DNA of 64,000 nt, taken from the NCBI RefSeq assembly GCF_044704955.1, contig NW_027254627.1:1-64000 (forward strand), written 5' to 3'. The position numbers were made by a program, and so were the translations under genes. This document shows positions 36,584 through 47,964 of this stretch, in pieces (within the stretch, counting starts at the first letter, position 1; each line of letters opens with the position of its first letter). The stretch comes from Pristiophorus japonicus (Eukaryota). The notes under the pieces were generated by a model. It worked only from the letters and a program-made list of their open reading frames with translations. It was not told the DNA's origin and made no database searches.

Positions 36584-36660
36584 TATTACAGGGGGATGGG
36601 AACCTATGCAGGGAGACAGAGGGAGACAAAAATGAGGCAAAAGCAAAAGACAGAAAGGAG

Positions 36661-39567
36661 ATGAGGAAAAGTGGAGGGCAGAGAAACCCAAGGCGAAGAA
36701 CAAAAAGGGCCACTGTACAGCAAAATTCTAAAAGGACAAAGGGTGTTAAAAAAGCAAGCCTGAAGGCTTTGTGTCTTAATGCAAGGAGTATCCGCAATAA
36801 GGTGGATGAATTAACTGTGCAAATAGATGTTAACAAATATGATGTGATTGGGATTACGGAGACGTGGCTCCAGGATGATCAGGGCTGGGAACTCAACATC
36901 CAGGGGTATTCAACATTCAGGAAGGATAGAATAAAAGGAAAAGGAGGTGGGGTAGCATTGCTGGTTAAAGAGGAGATTAATGCAATAGTTAGGAAAGACA
37001 TTAGCTTGGATGATGTGGAATCTATATGGGTAGAGCTGCAGAACACTAAAGGGCAAAAATCATTAGTGGGAGTTGTGTACAGACCTCCAAACAGTAGTAG
37101 TGATGTTGGGGAGGGCATCAAACAGGAAATTAGGAGTGCATGCAATAAAGGTGTAGCAGTTATAATGGGTGACTTTAATATGCACATAGATTGTGCCAGC
37201 CAAACTGGAAGCAATACGATGGAGGAGGATTTCCTGGAGTGCATAAGGGATGGTTTTCTAGACCAATATGTCGAGGAACCAACTAGGGGGAAGGCCATCT
37301 TAGACTGGGTGTTGTGTAATGAGAGAGGATTAATTAGCAATCTCATTGTGCGAGGCCCCTTGGGGAAGAGTGACCATAATATGGTGGAATTCTGCATTAG
37401 GATGGAGAATGAAACAGTTAATTCAGAGACCATGGTCCAGAACTTAAAAAAGGGTAACTTTGAAGGTATGAGGCATGAATTGGCTAAGATAGATTGGCTA
37501 ATGATACTTAAGGGGTTGACTGTGGATGGGCAATGGCAGACATTTAGAGACCGCATGGATGAATTACAACAATTGTACATTCCTGTCTGGCGTAAAAATA
37601 AAAAAGGGAAGGTGGCTCAACCGTGGCTATCTAGGGAAATCAGGGATAGTATTAAAGCCAAGGAAATGGCATACAAATTGGCCAGAAATAGCAGCGAACC
37701 TGGGGACTGGGAGAAATTTAGAACTCAGCAGAGGAGGACAAAGGGTTTGATTAGGGCAGGGAAAATGGAGTACGAGAAGAAGCTTGCAGGGAACATTAAG
37801 GCGGATTGCAAAAGTTTCTATAGGTATGTAAAGAGAAAAAGGTTAGTAAAGACAAACGTAGGTCCCCTGCAGTCAGAATCAGGGGAAGTCATAACGGGGA
37901 ACAAAGAAATGGCAGACCAATTGAACAAGTACTTTGGTTCAATATTCACTAAGGAGGACACAAACAACCTTCCGGATATAAAAGTGGTCAGAGGGTCTAA
38001 TAAGGAGGAGGAACTGAGGGAAATCTTTATTAGTCGGGAAATTGTGTTTGGGAAATTGATGGGATTGAAGGCCGATAAATCCCCAGGGCCTGATGGACTG
38101 CATCCCAGAGTACTTAAGGAGGTGGCCTTGGAAATAGCGGATGCATTGACAGTCATTTTCCAACATTCCATTGACTCTGGATCAGTTCCTATCGAGTGGA
38201 GGGTAGCCAATGTAACCCCACTTTTCAAAAAAGGAGGGAGAGAGAAAGCAGGGAATTATAAACCGGTCAGCCTGACCTCAGTAGTGGGTAAAATGATGGA
38301 ATCAATTATTAAGGATGTCATAGCAGCGCATTTGGAAAATGGTGACATGATAGGTCCAAGTCAGCATGGATTTGTGAAAGGGAGATCATGCTTGACAAAT
38401 CTTCTGGAATTTTTTGAGGATGTTTCCAATAAAGTGAACAAAGGAGTACCAGTTGATGTGGTATATTTGGACTTTCAGAAGGCTTTCGACAAGGTCCCAC
38501 ACAGGAGATTAATGTGCAAAGTTAAAGCACATGGGATTGGGGGTAGTGTGCTGACGTGGATTGAGAACTGGTTGTCAGACAGGAAGCAAAGAGTAGGAGT
38601 AAATGGGTACTTTTTGGAATGGCAGGCAGTGACTAGTGGGGTACCGCAGGGTTCTGTGCTGGGGCCCCAGTTGTTTACATTGTACATTAATGATTTAGAC
38701 GAGGGGATTAAATGTAGTATCTCCAAATTTGCGGATGACACTAAGTTGGGTGGCAGTGTGAGCTGCGAGGAGGATGCTATGAGGCTGCAGAGTGACTTGG
38801 ATAGGTTAGGTGAGTGGGCAAATGCGTGGCAGATGAAGTATAATGTGGATAAATGTGAGGTTATCCACTTTGGTGGTAAAAACAGAGAGACAGACTATTA
38901 TCTGAATGGTGACAGATTAGGAAAAGGGAAGGTGCAACGAGACCTGGGTGTCATGGTACATCAGTCATTGAAGGTTGGCATGCAGGTACAGCAGGCGGTT
39001 AAGAAAGCAAATGGCATGTTGGCCTTCATAGCGAGGGGATTTGAGTACAGGGGCAGGGAGGTGTTGCTACAGTTGTACAGGGCCTTGGTGAGGCCACACC
39101 TGGAGTATTGTGTACAGTTTTGGTCTCCTAACTTGAGGAAGGACATTCTTGCTATTGAGGGAGTGCAGCGAAGATTCACCAGACTGATTCCCGGGATGGT
39201 GGGACTGACCTATCAAGAAAGACTGGATCAACTGGGCTTGTATTCACTGGAGTTCAGAAGAGTGAGAGGGGACCTCATAGAAACGTTTAAAATTCTGATG
39301 GGTTTGGACAGGTTGGATGCAGGAAGAATGTTCCCAATGTTGGGGAAGTCCAGAACCAGGGGTCACAGTCTAAGGATAAGGGGTAAGCCATTTAGGACCG
39401 AGATAAGGAGAAACTTCTTCACCCAGAGAGTGGTGAACCTGTGGAATTCTCTACCACAGGAAGTAGTTGAGGCCAATTCACTAAATATATTCAAAAGGGA
39501 GTTAGATGAAGTCCTTACTACTCGGGGGATCAAGGGGTATGGCGTGAAAGCAGGAAGGGGGTACTGA
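36661..39567 (+). CDS. CR1 ORF2p: APE endonuclease plus reverse transcriptase
   Basis: 968 aa, open: CLNARS, ETW, YRPP, GDFN, LDW, SDH; [25 protein letters not shown]. The frame is open upstream to 36559 and overlaps the end of ORF1. Confidence 0.95.
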   Translation: MRKSGGQRNPRRRTKRATVQQNSKRTKGVKKASLKALCLNARSIRNKVDELTVQIDVNKYDVIGITETWLQDDQGWELNIQGYSTFRKDRIKGKGGGVALLVKEEINAIVRKDISLDDVESIWVELQNTKGQKSLVGVVYRPPNSSSDVGEGIKQEIRSACNKGVAVIMGDFNMHIDCASQTGSNTMEEDFLECIRDGFLDQYVEEPTRGKAILDWVLCNERGLISNLIVRGPLGKSDHNMVEFCIRMENETVNSETMVQNLKKGNFEGMRHELAKIDWLMILKGLTVDGQWQTFRDRMDELQQLYIPVWRKNKKGKVAQPWLSREIRDSIKAKEMAYKLARNSSEPGDWEKFRTQQRRTKGLIRAGKMEYEKKLAGNIKADCKSFYRYVKRKRLVKTNVGPLQSESGEVITGNKEMADQLNKYFGSIFTKEDTNNLPDIKVVRGSNKEEELREIFISREIVFGKLMGLKADKSPGPDGLHPRVLKEVALEIADALTVIFQHSIDSGSVPIEWRVANVTPLFKKGGREKAGNYKPVSLTSVVGKMMESIIKDVIAAHLENGDMIGPSQHGFVKGRSCLTNLLEFFEDVSNKVNKGVPVDVVYLDFQKAFDKVPHRRLMCKVKAHGIGGSVLTWIENWLSDRKQRVGVNGYFLEWQAVTSGVPQGSVLGPQLFTLYINDLDEGIKCSISKFADDTKLGGSVSCEEDAMRLQSDLDRLGEWANAWQMKYNVDKCEVIHFGGKNRETDYYLNGDRLGKGKVQRDLGVMVHQSLKVGMQVQQAVKKANGMLAFIARGFEYRGREVLLQLYRALVRPHLEYCVQFWSPNLRKDILAIEGVQRRFTRLIPGMVGLTYQERLDQLGLYSLEFRRVRGDLIETFKILMGLDRLDAGRMFPMLGKSRTRGHSLRIRGKPFRTEIRRNFFTQRVVNLWNSLPQEVVEANSLNIFKRELDEVLTTRGIKGYGVKAGRGY

Positions 39568-41521
39568 AGTTGCATGTTCAGCCATGAACTCATTGAATGG
39601 TGGTGCAGGCTAGAAGGGCTGAATGGCCTGCTCCTGCACCTATTTTCTATGTTTCTATGTTTCTATGCATCATTTTTCACCCCACAAACAAAACGATGCT
39701 GTAATGCTCGGTTTTGAAAGTTTCCAAAATTACTGTGCATCGATAGCTTTTTTAATACTATGATGTAATCACTGATACATTAATCAGCCTTTTGATTTTG
39801 AATCCTGAAACGATAGCTTTCAGCAATTTCTAATGGTTTGGGGTTATAGTGCTGCTCCAGCTTTGTTAAAATCTCTTTAAGCGTTGTGTCCTTTGGCTCG
39901 TCAGGCACAAGCAGATTTCCAAGCGTTTTGTATAATGCCGGACCTGCCTCCGATAAGAAGATCGCTTTCTTACGTTCCAGCACAGCCCGGTTCTGGACTG
40001 CATTGTCTGGAACTTCGATTATGTTATTTGCAGTGAAATACATTTCTAGCCGATCCACATATGCTTTAAAACATTCCTGGTCATGTCTATATTCACCCAA
40101 ATATCCCAATACACCTGCCATTCTAATCTCTAGCTGTTCACACCGTTTGCTGTATTTTATCTCGGATTTTTGTAGCTTTTTCTAAAGACAGAAACTTCCA
40201 AAGTCTCTCTGTAGGCTGGCTGAATCCTTCACCAACAAAATTTTAGCTTTAAATCATCCAAAAAATACCATCTCAGTCGCCAAATGTGATATATTCACAG
40301 AGCACAGCACACACAGCTTCCTAACATGGCGGGCAGCTCTCTCTGAAGTCTCAGGAAATCTATCTGGTCTGTTTATTATTAACCCTGCACTTGCAGTACA
40401 CAATACGTCCACATTCACAGTGTGGAGCTACAAACATTACAAGCTTACAGACATTACAGAATACTTGCCTTTCTTAATCGAGGCATGGTATACAAGAGCA
40501 AGGACGTTATGCTTGAACTGTATAGAACATTGGTTAGGTTGCAGGTGGAGTACTGTGTGTAGCTCTGGTCACCACATTACTGGAAAGATGTACTGGAAAG
40601 GTGTAGAGAAGATTTACAAGAATGTTGCCTGGACTGGAGAATTTTGGCTATGAGGAAAGATTGGAGATGCTGAGACTGTTTTCCTTGGAACAGAGGAGGC
40701 AGAAGGGAGACCTGATTGAGGTGTATACAATTATAAGGGGCCGGGATAGAGTGGATAGAAAGGACCTGTTTCCATTGGCAGAGGGGTCAACAACCAGGGG
40801 AAATAGATTTAAAGTAATTGCGGAGAGCGTGAGAGGAGATATGAGAGGAAATTTTTTCACCCAGAGGGTGGTGTGGGTCTGGAACTCACTGCCTCACCAC
40901 ATTTAAAAAATACTTGGATGTGCACTTAAAGAGACGTAACCTACAGGACTACGGACCAAAAAATGGAAAGTGGGATTAGGTTGGATAGCTCTTGGTCGGC
41001 CGGCGCAGACACGATGGACCTTGGGGAGTCAAGAGGTGAGACACTCGCCGCAGATTACCCAGCCTCTGACCTGCTCTTGTTGACACTGTATTTATGTGGC
41101 TGGTCCAGTTAAGTTTCTGGCCGATGGTGACCCCCAGGATGTTGATGGTAGGGGATTCAGTGGTGGTAATGCCATTGAATGTCAAGTGGCAATGGTCAGA
41201 CTCTCGCTTGTTGGAGATAGTCATTGCCTGGCACTTGTGTGGCGCGAATGTTACTTGCCACTTATCAGCCTAAGCCTGAATGTCATCCAGGTCTTGCTCC
41301 ATGCGGCCATGGACTGCTCCATTATCTGAGGAGTTGTGAATGGCACTGGACACTGTGCAATCATCAGAAATTTCCCCATTTCTGACCTTATGATGGAGGG
41401 AAGATCATTGATGCAGCTGAAGATGATTGGACCTAGGACACTGCCCTGAGGAACTCCTGAAGCGATTTCCTGGATCTGTGATGAGTGACCTCCAACCACC
41501 ACAACCAGCTTCCTTTGTGCT

Positions 41522-44500
41522 AGAAAACATAGAACATAGAAAACATAGAAAATAGGTGCAGGAGTAGGCCATTCGGCCCTTCGAGCCTGCACCGCCATTC
41601 AATGAGTTCATGGCTGAACATGCAACTTCAGTACCCCATTCTTGCTTTCTCGTCATACCCATTGATCCCCCTAGGGGCCCAGCGTCGAGGAGGTGCATGG
41701 AGAGGCAGTCGGGACTTCGGTGAGAGGCCTATAAAAGGCACAGCAGGGAGTCCGGGGCCCAGCGTCGAGGAGGTGCTTGGAGAGGCAGTCGGGACTTCGG
41801 TGAGAGGCCTATAAAAGGCACAGCAGGGAGTCCGGGGCCCAGCGTCGAGGAGGTGCGTGGAGAGGCAGTCGGGACTTCGGTGAGAGGTCTATAAAAGGCA
41901 CAGCAGGGAGTCCGGGGCCCAGCGTCGAGGAGGTGCGTGGAGAGGCAGTCGGGACTTCGGAGAGAGGCCTATAAAAGGCACAGCAGGGAGTCCGGGGCCC
42001 AGCGTCGAGGAGGTGCGTGGAGAGGCAGTCGGGACTTCGGAGAGAGGCCTATAAAAGGCACAGCAGGGAGTCCGGGGCCCAGCGTCGAGGAGGTGCGTGG
42101 AGAGGCAGTCGGGACTTCGGAGAGAGGCCTCTAAAAGGCACAGCAGGGAGTCCGGGGCCCAGCGTCGAGGAGGTGCGTGGAGAGGCGTGGCTTGTACAGC
42201 TTCAGGGAGAAGGCAAAAAGAAGTAGAAAGAAATAGAAAGGTGATGTCACAGCCAAGGGGGTAAGTGATTGGCTGGTGATTGGTGAGTAGTTTTTCTTTT
42301 TTCTCTTCGAGAACAGTGAGTAACTTTTAACATTGTTGTTGCCAATTTAAGTGTATCTAAGGGTTAAGTCATGGCAGGAGAGCTCGGTCACATGATATGC
42401 TCCTCCTGTACCATGTGGGAACTCAGGGACACTTCCGGTGTCCCTGACAACTACATCTGCGGGAAGTGTATCCGCCTCCATCTCCTGACAGACCGCGTTA
42501 CGGAATTGGAGCTGAGGGTGGATTCACTCTGGAGCATCCACGATGCTGAGAATGACATGAGTAGTATGTGTAGCGAGTTGGTCTTACCGCAGGAGAAGGG
42601 TCCACAGCCAGCTAGGGAATGGAAGACCAGCAGGAAGAGTAGTGCAAGGAAGGTAGTGAAGGGGTCCCCTGTGGTCATCCCCCTGCAAAACAGATACACT
42701 GCTTTGAGTACTGTTGAGGGGGATGACTCATCAGGGGAGGGCAGCAGCAGCCAAGTTCATGGCACCGTGGCTGGCTCTGCTGCACAGGAGGGTAGGAAAA
42801 AGAGTGGGAGAGCGATAGTGCTAGGGGATTCAATTGTGAGGGGAATAGATAGGCATTTCTGCGGCCGCAACCGAGACTCCAGGATGGTATGTTGCTTCCC
42901 TGGTGCAAGGGTCAAGGATGTCTTGGAGGGGGTGCAGGACATTCTAAAAAAGGAGGGAGAACAGCCAGTTGTGGTGGTGCACATTGGTACCAAAGACATA
43001 GGTAATAAAAGGGATGAGGTCCTACGAAACGAATTTAAGGAGCTAGGAGCTAAATTAAAAAGTAGGACCTCAAAAGTAGTAATCTCGGGATTGCTACCAG
43101 TGCCATGTGCTGGTCAGAGTAGGAATCGCAGGATAGCGCAGATGAATACGTGGCTTGAGCAGTGGTGCAGAAGGGAGGGATTCAAATTCCTGGGGCATTG
43201 GAACCGGTTCTAGGGGAGGTGGGACCAGTCAATACAAGCCCAGTTGATCCAGTCTTTCTTGATAGGTCAGTCCCGCCATCCCGGGAATCAGTCTGGTGAA
43301 CCTTCGCTGCACTCCCTCAATAGCAAGAATGTCCTTCCTCAAGTTAGGAGACCAAAACTGTACATAATACTCCAGGTGTGGCCTCACCAAGGCCCTGTAT
43401 AACTGTAGTAACACCTCCCTGCCCCTGTACTCAAATCCCCTCGCTATGAAGGCCAACATGCCATTTGCTTTCTTAACTGCCTGCTGTACCTGCATGCCAA
43501 CCTTCAATGACTGATGTACCATGACACCCAGGTCTCGTTGCACCTCCCCTTTTCCTAATCTGTCACCATCCAGATAATAGTCTGTCTCTCTGTTTTTACC
43601 ACCAAAGTGGATAACCTCACATTTATCCACATTATACTTTATCTGCATGCATTTGCCCACTCACCTAACCTATCCAAGTCACTCTGCAGCCTCATAGCAT
43701 CCTCCTCGCAGCTCACACTGCCACCCAACTTAGTGTCATCCGCAAATTTGGAGATACTACATTTAATCCCCTCGTCTAAATCATTAATGTACAATGTAAA
43801 CAGCTGGGGCCCCAGCACAGAACCCACTAGTCACTGCCTGCCATTCTGAAAAGTATCCATTTACTCCTACTCTTTGCTTCCTGTCTGCCAACCAGTTCTC
43901 AATCCACATCACCACACTACCCGCAATCCCATGTGCTTTAACTTTGCACATTAATCTCTGTGTGGGAACTTGTCGAAGGCCTTCTGAAAGTCCAAATTCA
44001 CCACATCAACTGGTTCTCCCTTGTCCACTCTACTGGAAACATCCTCAAAAAATTCCAGAATATTTGTCAAACATGATTTCCCTTTTACAAATCCATGCTG
44101 ACTTGGACCTATCATGTCACCTCTTTCCAAATGCGCTGCTATGACATCCTTAATAATTGATTCCATCATTTTACCCACTACCGATGTCAGGCTGTCTATA
44201 ATTCCCTGTTTTCTCTCTCCCTCCTTTTTTAATAACATTTAATTTACATTGGCTACCCTCCACTCCATAGGAAATGATCCAGCGTCAATGGAATGTTGGA
44301 AAATGACTGTCAATGCATCCACTATTTCCAAGGCCATCTCCTTAAATACTCTGGGATGCAGTCCATCAGGCCCTGGGGATTTATCGGCTTTCAATCCCAT
44401 CAATTTCCCCAACACAATTTCCTGACTAATAAGGATTTTCCTCAGTTCCTCCTTCTTACTAGATCCTCTGACCCCTTTTATATCCGTGTCCTCCTGAGTG

Positions 44501-45491
44501 AATACTGAACCAAAGTACTTGTTCAATTGGTCTGCCATTTCTTTGTTCCCCGTTATGACTTCCCCTGATTCTGACTGCAGGGGACCTACATTTGTCTTTA
44601 CTAACCTTTTTCTCTTTACATATCTATAGAAGCTTTTGCAGTCCGTCTTAATGTTCCCTCCAAGCTTCCTCTCGTACTCTATTTTCCCTGCCCTAATCAA
44701 ACCCTTTGTCCTCCTCTGCTGAGTTCTAAATTTCTCCCAGTCCCCGGGTTCGCTGCTATTTCTGGCCAATTTGTATGCCACTTCCTTGGCTTTAATACTA
44801 TCCCTGATTTCCCTTGATAGCCACGGTTGAGCCACCTTCCCTTTTTTATTTTTACGCCAGACAGGGATGTACAATTGTTGTAGTTCATCCATGCGGTCTC
44901 TAAATGTCTGCCATTGTCCATCCACTGTCAACCCCTTAAGTATCATTCGCCAATCTATCCTAGCCAATTCACGCCTCATACCTTCAAAGTTACCCTTCTT
45001 TAAGTTCTGGACCATGGTCTCTGATTTAACTGTTTCATTCTCCATCCTAATGCAGAATGCCACCATATAATGGTCACTCTTCCCCAAGGGGCCTCGTACA
45101 ACGAGATTGCTAATTAATCCTCTCCCATTACACAACACCCAGTCTAAGATGGCCTCCCCCCTAGTTGGTTCCTTGACATATTGGTCTAGAAAACCATCCC
45201 TTATGCACTCCAGGAAATCCTCCTCCACCATATTGCTTCCAGTTTGGTTTTCCAATCTATATGCATATTAAAGTCACCCATGATAACTGCTGCACCTTTA
45301 TTGCATGCACCCCTAATCACTACTACTGTTTGGAGGCCTGTACACAACTCCCACTAACATTTTTTGCCCTTTGGTGTTCTGCAGCTCTATCCATATAGAT
45401 TCCACATCATCCAAGCTAATGTACTTCCTAACTATTGCATTAATCTCCTCTTTCACCAGCAATGCTACCCCACCTCCTTTTCCTTTTATTC
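41522..45491 (-). mobile_element. 5'-truncated CR1 (ORF2 43229-45491 plus tail 41522-41673) enclosing an opposite-strand CR1 5' half
   Basis: ORFs 44239-45255, 43951-44238, 43639-43827 and 43229-43660 are nearly identical to 36661-39567; the tail matches the 39568-39667 type. Confidence 0.9.
41674..43228 (+). mobile_element. CR1 5' half: ~6.4 x 80-bp TATA-containing monomers (41674-42186) plus ORF1 (42371-43213, premature stop)
   Basis: 80-bp periodicity, with the CCTATAAAAGGC motif or a 1-nt variant at 41728, 41808, 41888, 41968, 42048 and 42128. ORF1 is highly similar to 35636-36583. Confidence 0.92.
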
Positions 45492-47610
45492 TATCCAGCC
45501 AGTGGAGAGTTTTCCCCCTGATTCCCATTGACTTTAGTTTTACTCGAGCTCCATGATGCCACACTCGGTCAAATGCTGCTTTGATATCAAGGGTGGTCAC
45601 TATCACCTCACCTCTGGAATTCAGCTCTTTTGTCCGGGTTTGGAACAAGTCTGTAATGAGGTCTGTACCCAAGTGGTCATGGTGGAATCCAAACTGGGCA
45701 TCGGTGAGCAGGTTATTGGTAAGTGCCACTTGATAGCACTGTAGATGACACCTTCAATCACTTGATGATTGAGGTTTGACTGAAGGGGCAGTAATTGGCC
45801 AGATTGGATTTGTCCTGCTTTTTGTGGATAGGACATACATGGGCAGTTCTCCACATTGTCAGATAGATGCCAGTGTTGTAGTAGCACTGGAACAGCTTGG
45901 CGTGAGGCGCGGCTAGTTCTGGAGCACAAGTCTTCAGCACAACAGCTGGGATGTTGTTGGAGCCCATAGACTTTGCTGCATCCAGTGTGCTCAGTCATCT
46001 CTTGATATCACGTGGAGTGAATCGAATTGGCTGAAGAGTGACTTCTGTGATGGTGGGGACCTCGGGAGGAGGCCAATATGGATCATCCACTTGGCACTTC
46101 TGGCTGAAGATGGTTGTAAACACTGTAGCCTTGTCTTTTGTACTCACGTGCTGTTCTCCACCATCATTAAGGATAAGGATATTCATGGAGCCTCCTCCTC
46201 CCATTAGTTGTTTAATGGTCCACCACCATTCATGACTGAATGTGGCAGGACTGCAGAGCTTTAATCTGATTCGTTAGTTGTGGGATCACTTAGCCTTGTC
46301 TATAGCATGTATGTAGTCCTGTGTTGCAGCTTTCCCAGGTTTGCACCTAATTTGTTTTAGGTATGTCTGGTGCTGCTCCTGGCATGCTCTTCTACACTCT
46401 TCATCGAACCAGAGTTGGTCCCCTGGCTTGATGGTAATGGTAGAGTGAGGGATATGCTGGGCCATGAGGTTACAGATTGTGGTGGAACAGAATTCTGCTC
46501 CTTCTGATGGCCCACAGCACCTCACGGATGCCCAGTTTTGAGCTGCTAGATCTGTTCTGAATCTATCCTATTTAGCACGGTGGTAGTGCCACACAACGTG
46601 ATGGATGGTGTCCTCAGTGTGAAGATGGGACTTTGTCTCCACAATGACTATGCGGTGTCACTGCTACCAATGCTGTCATGGACAGGTGCATCTCCGACAG
46701 GTAGATCGGTGAGGACGAGGTCAAGTAGGTTTTTCCCTCGTGTTGGTTCCGTGACCACCTGCCGCAGGCCCAGTCTGGCAGCTATGTCCTTCAGAACTCG
46801 GCCAGTTCGGTCAGTAGTGGTGCTACCGAGCCACTCTTGGTGATGGATATTGAAGTCCCGCACCCAGAGTACATTCTGTGCCCTTGCTACTCTCAGTGCT
46901 TCTTCCAAGTGGTGATCAATATGGAGGAGTACTGATTCATTAACTGAGGGAGGGCTGAAGGTAGTAATCAGCAGAAGGTTTCCTTGCCCATGTCCATTCT
47001 TGCCCATGAGACTTCATGGGGTCAGGAGTCAATTTGAGGATTCCCAAGGTCACCCTCTCCTGACTGTATAGCACTGTGTCGCCACCCCCGGTGGGTCTGT
47101 CCTGCCAGTGGGACAGGACATACCCAGTGATGGTGATGGAGGAGTCTGGGACCTCAGCTGAAAGGTAGGATTGTGTAAATATGACTAGTTTGGGCTGTTG
47201 ATTGACTAGTCTGGGGACAGCTCTCCCAATTTTGACACAAGTCCTCAGATGTTGGTGAGAAGGACTTTGCAGGGTTGATTGGACTGGGTGTGCCGTTATC
47301 GTGTCCGTAGCCAGTGCCGTGGTTGATGCCGAGTGGTCCCACTGTTTTTTCTTAGTTTTCATAGCGGTTGTGTGCAACTGAGTGGCTTGCTAGGGCAGTT
47401 CAGAGTCAACCACATTGCTGTTGGTTTGGAGTTACATGTACGCCAGACCTGGTAAGATCGACAGATTTCCCTCTCGAAAGGACATTCGTGAACCAGATGG
47501 GTTTTTGTGACAATCTGGTAGATTATTACTGGTACTAGCTTTTTATTCAGGATTTATTTATTTAATTCACTGAATTTAAATTCCCCAGCTGCCATGGTGG
47601 GATTTCAACT

Positions 47611-47907
47611 TGTTATGTCTGTAATGTACTCTTGAATGACTCTACGAAGCAATGTGTCGTACTCACACTGTAGTGACCTTGGTCCTTTATTAGTAACTCC
47701 AGAGTGACATGGTGGGTGCCCTTTTATAAAGCCTCTGCCACCAAGGCAGGAAACCCCGGTCTCCACCAGTTGCACCCTCTAGTGGTGCCAGAATTGTATA
47801 TACACAGTGTAAACCTTATTGATAGTACATCAGGTAAACAAGTCTCCATCTTATACAACTATACAGTGACTACACAGAGAGTATATCTATAGTCTGCATA
47901 TATAACA
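47611..47907 (-). mobile_element. Solo Gypsy-type LTR (297 bp)
   Basis: TGTTAT...ATAACA termini; flanks CAACT/GAACT (TSD with 1 mismatch); TATAAAAG and AATAAA on the minus strand. Confidence 0.8.
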
Positions 47908-47964
47908 GAACTCATGTCTCTGGATCATTAGTCCAGGCCTCTGGATTACTAGCCCTCATACCAC

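Larger units (their letters stand above)
34875..39667 (+). mobile_element. Full-length, apparently intact CR1 LINE
   Basis: 5' monomer array, uninterrupted ORF1 and ORF2, 3' UTR and (TTTCTATG)n tail. The host gag sequence is collinear on both sides. Confidence 0.97.
31205..40458 (-). mobile_element. Gypsy retrotransposon of a second family with both LTRs; gag interrupted by a full-length CR1
   Basis: ~175-bp LTRs at 31205-31379 and 40285-40458 (about 10 differences); TSD GAATA; PBS TGGCGACTGAG; gag 39780-40121, gag-PR-RT 33164-34855 (DTGA, YLDD), IN 31476-32733. Confidence 0.95.
41022..47960 (-). mobile_element. Decayed single-ORF (EN-RT) CR1/L2-group LINE with a tRNA-like 5' end, interrupted by a CR1 composite (41522-45491) and a solo LTR (47611-47907)
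   Basis: EN motifs in ORFs 46940-47377 and 46648-47007; RT motifs in 45758-45967, 45313-45729 (QFGF, DIKAAFDRVWH) and 41251-41598 ([10 protein letters not shown]). Collinear across the inserts. Confidence 0.85.

Noticed and set aside
34879-42186. CRISPR-like arrays at 34879-35460 and 41674-42186
   Set aside because: The units are head-to-tail near-identical monomers without unique spacers, attached to CR1 5' ends in a eukaryote.
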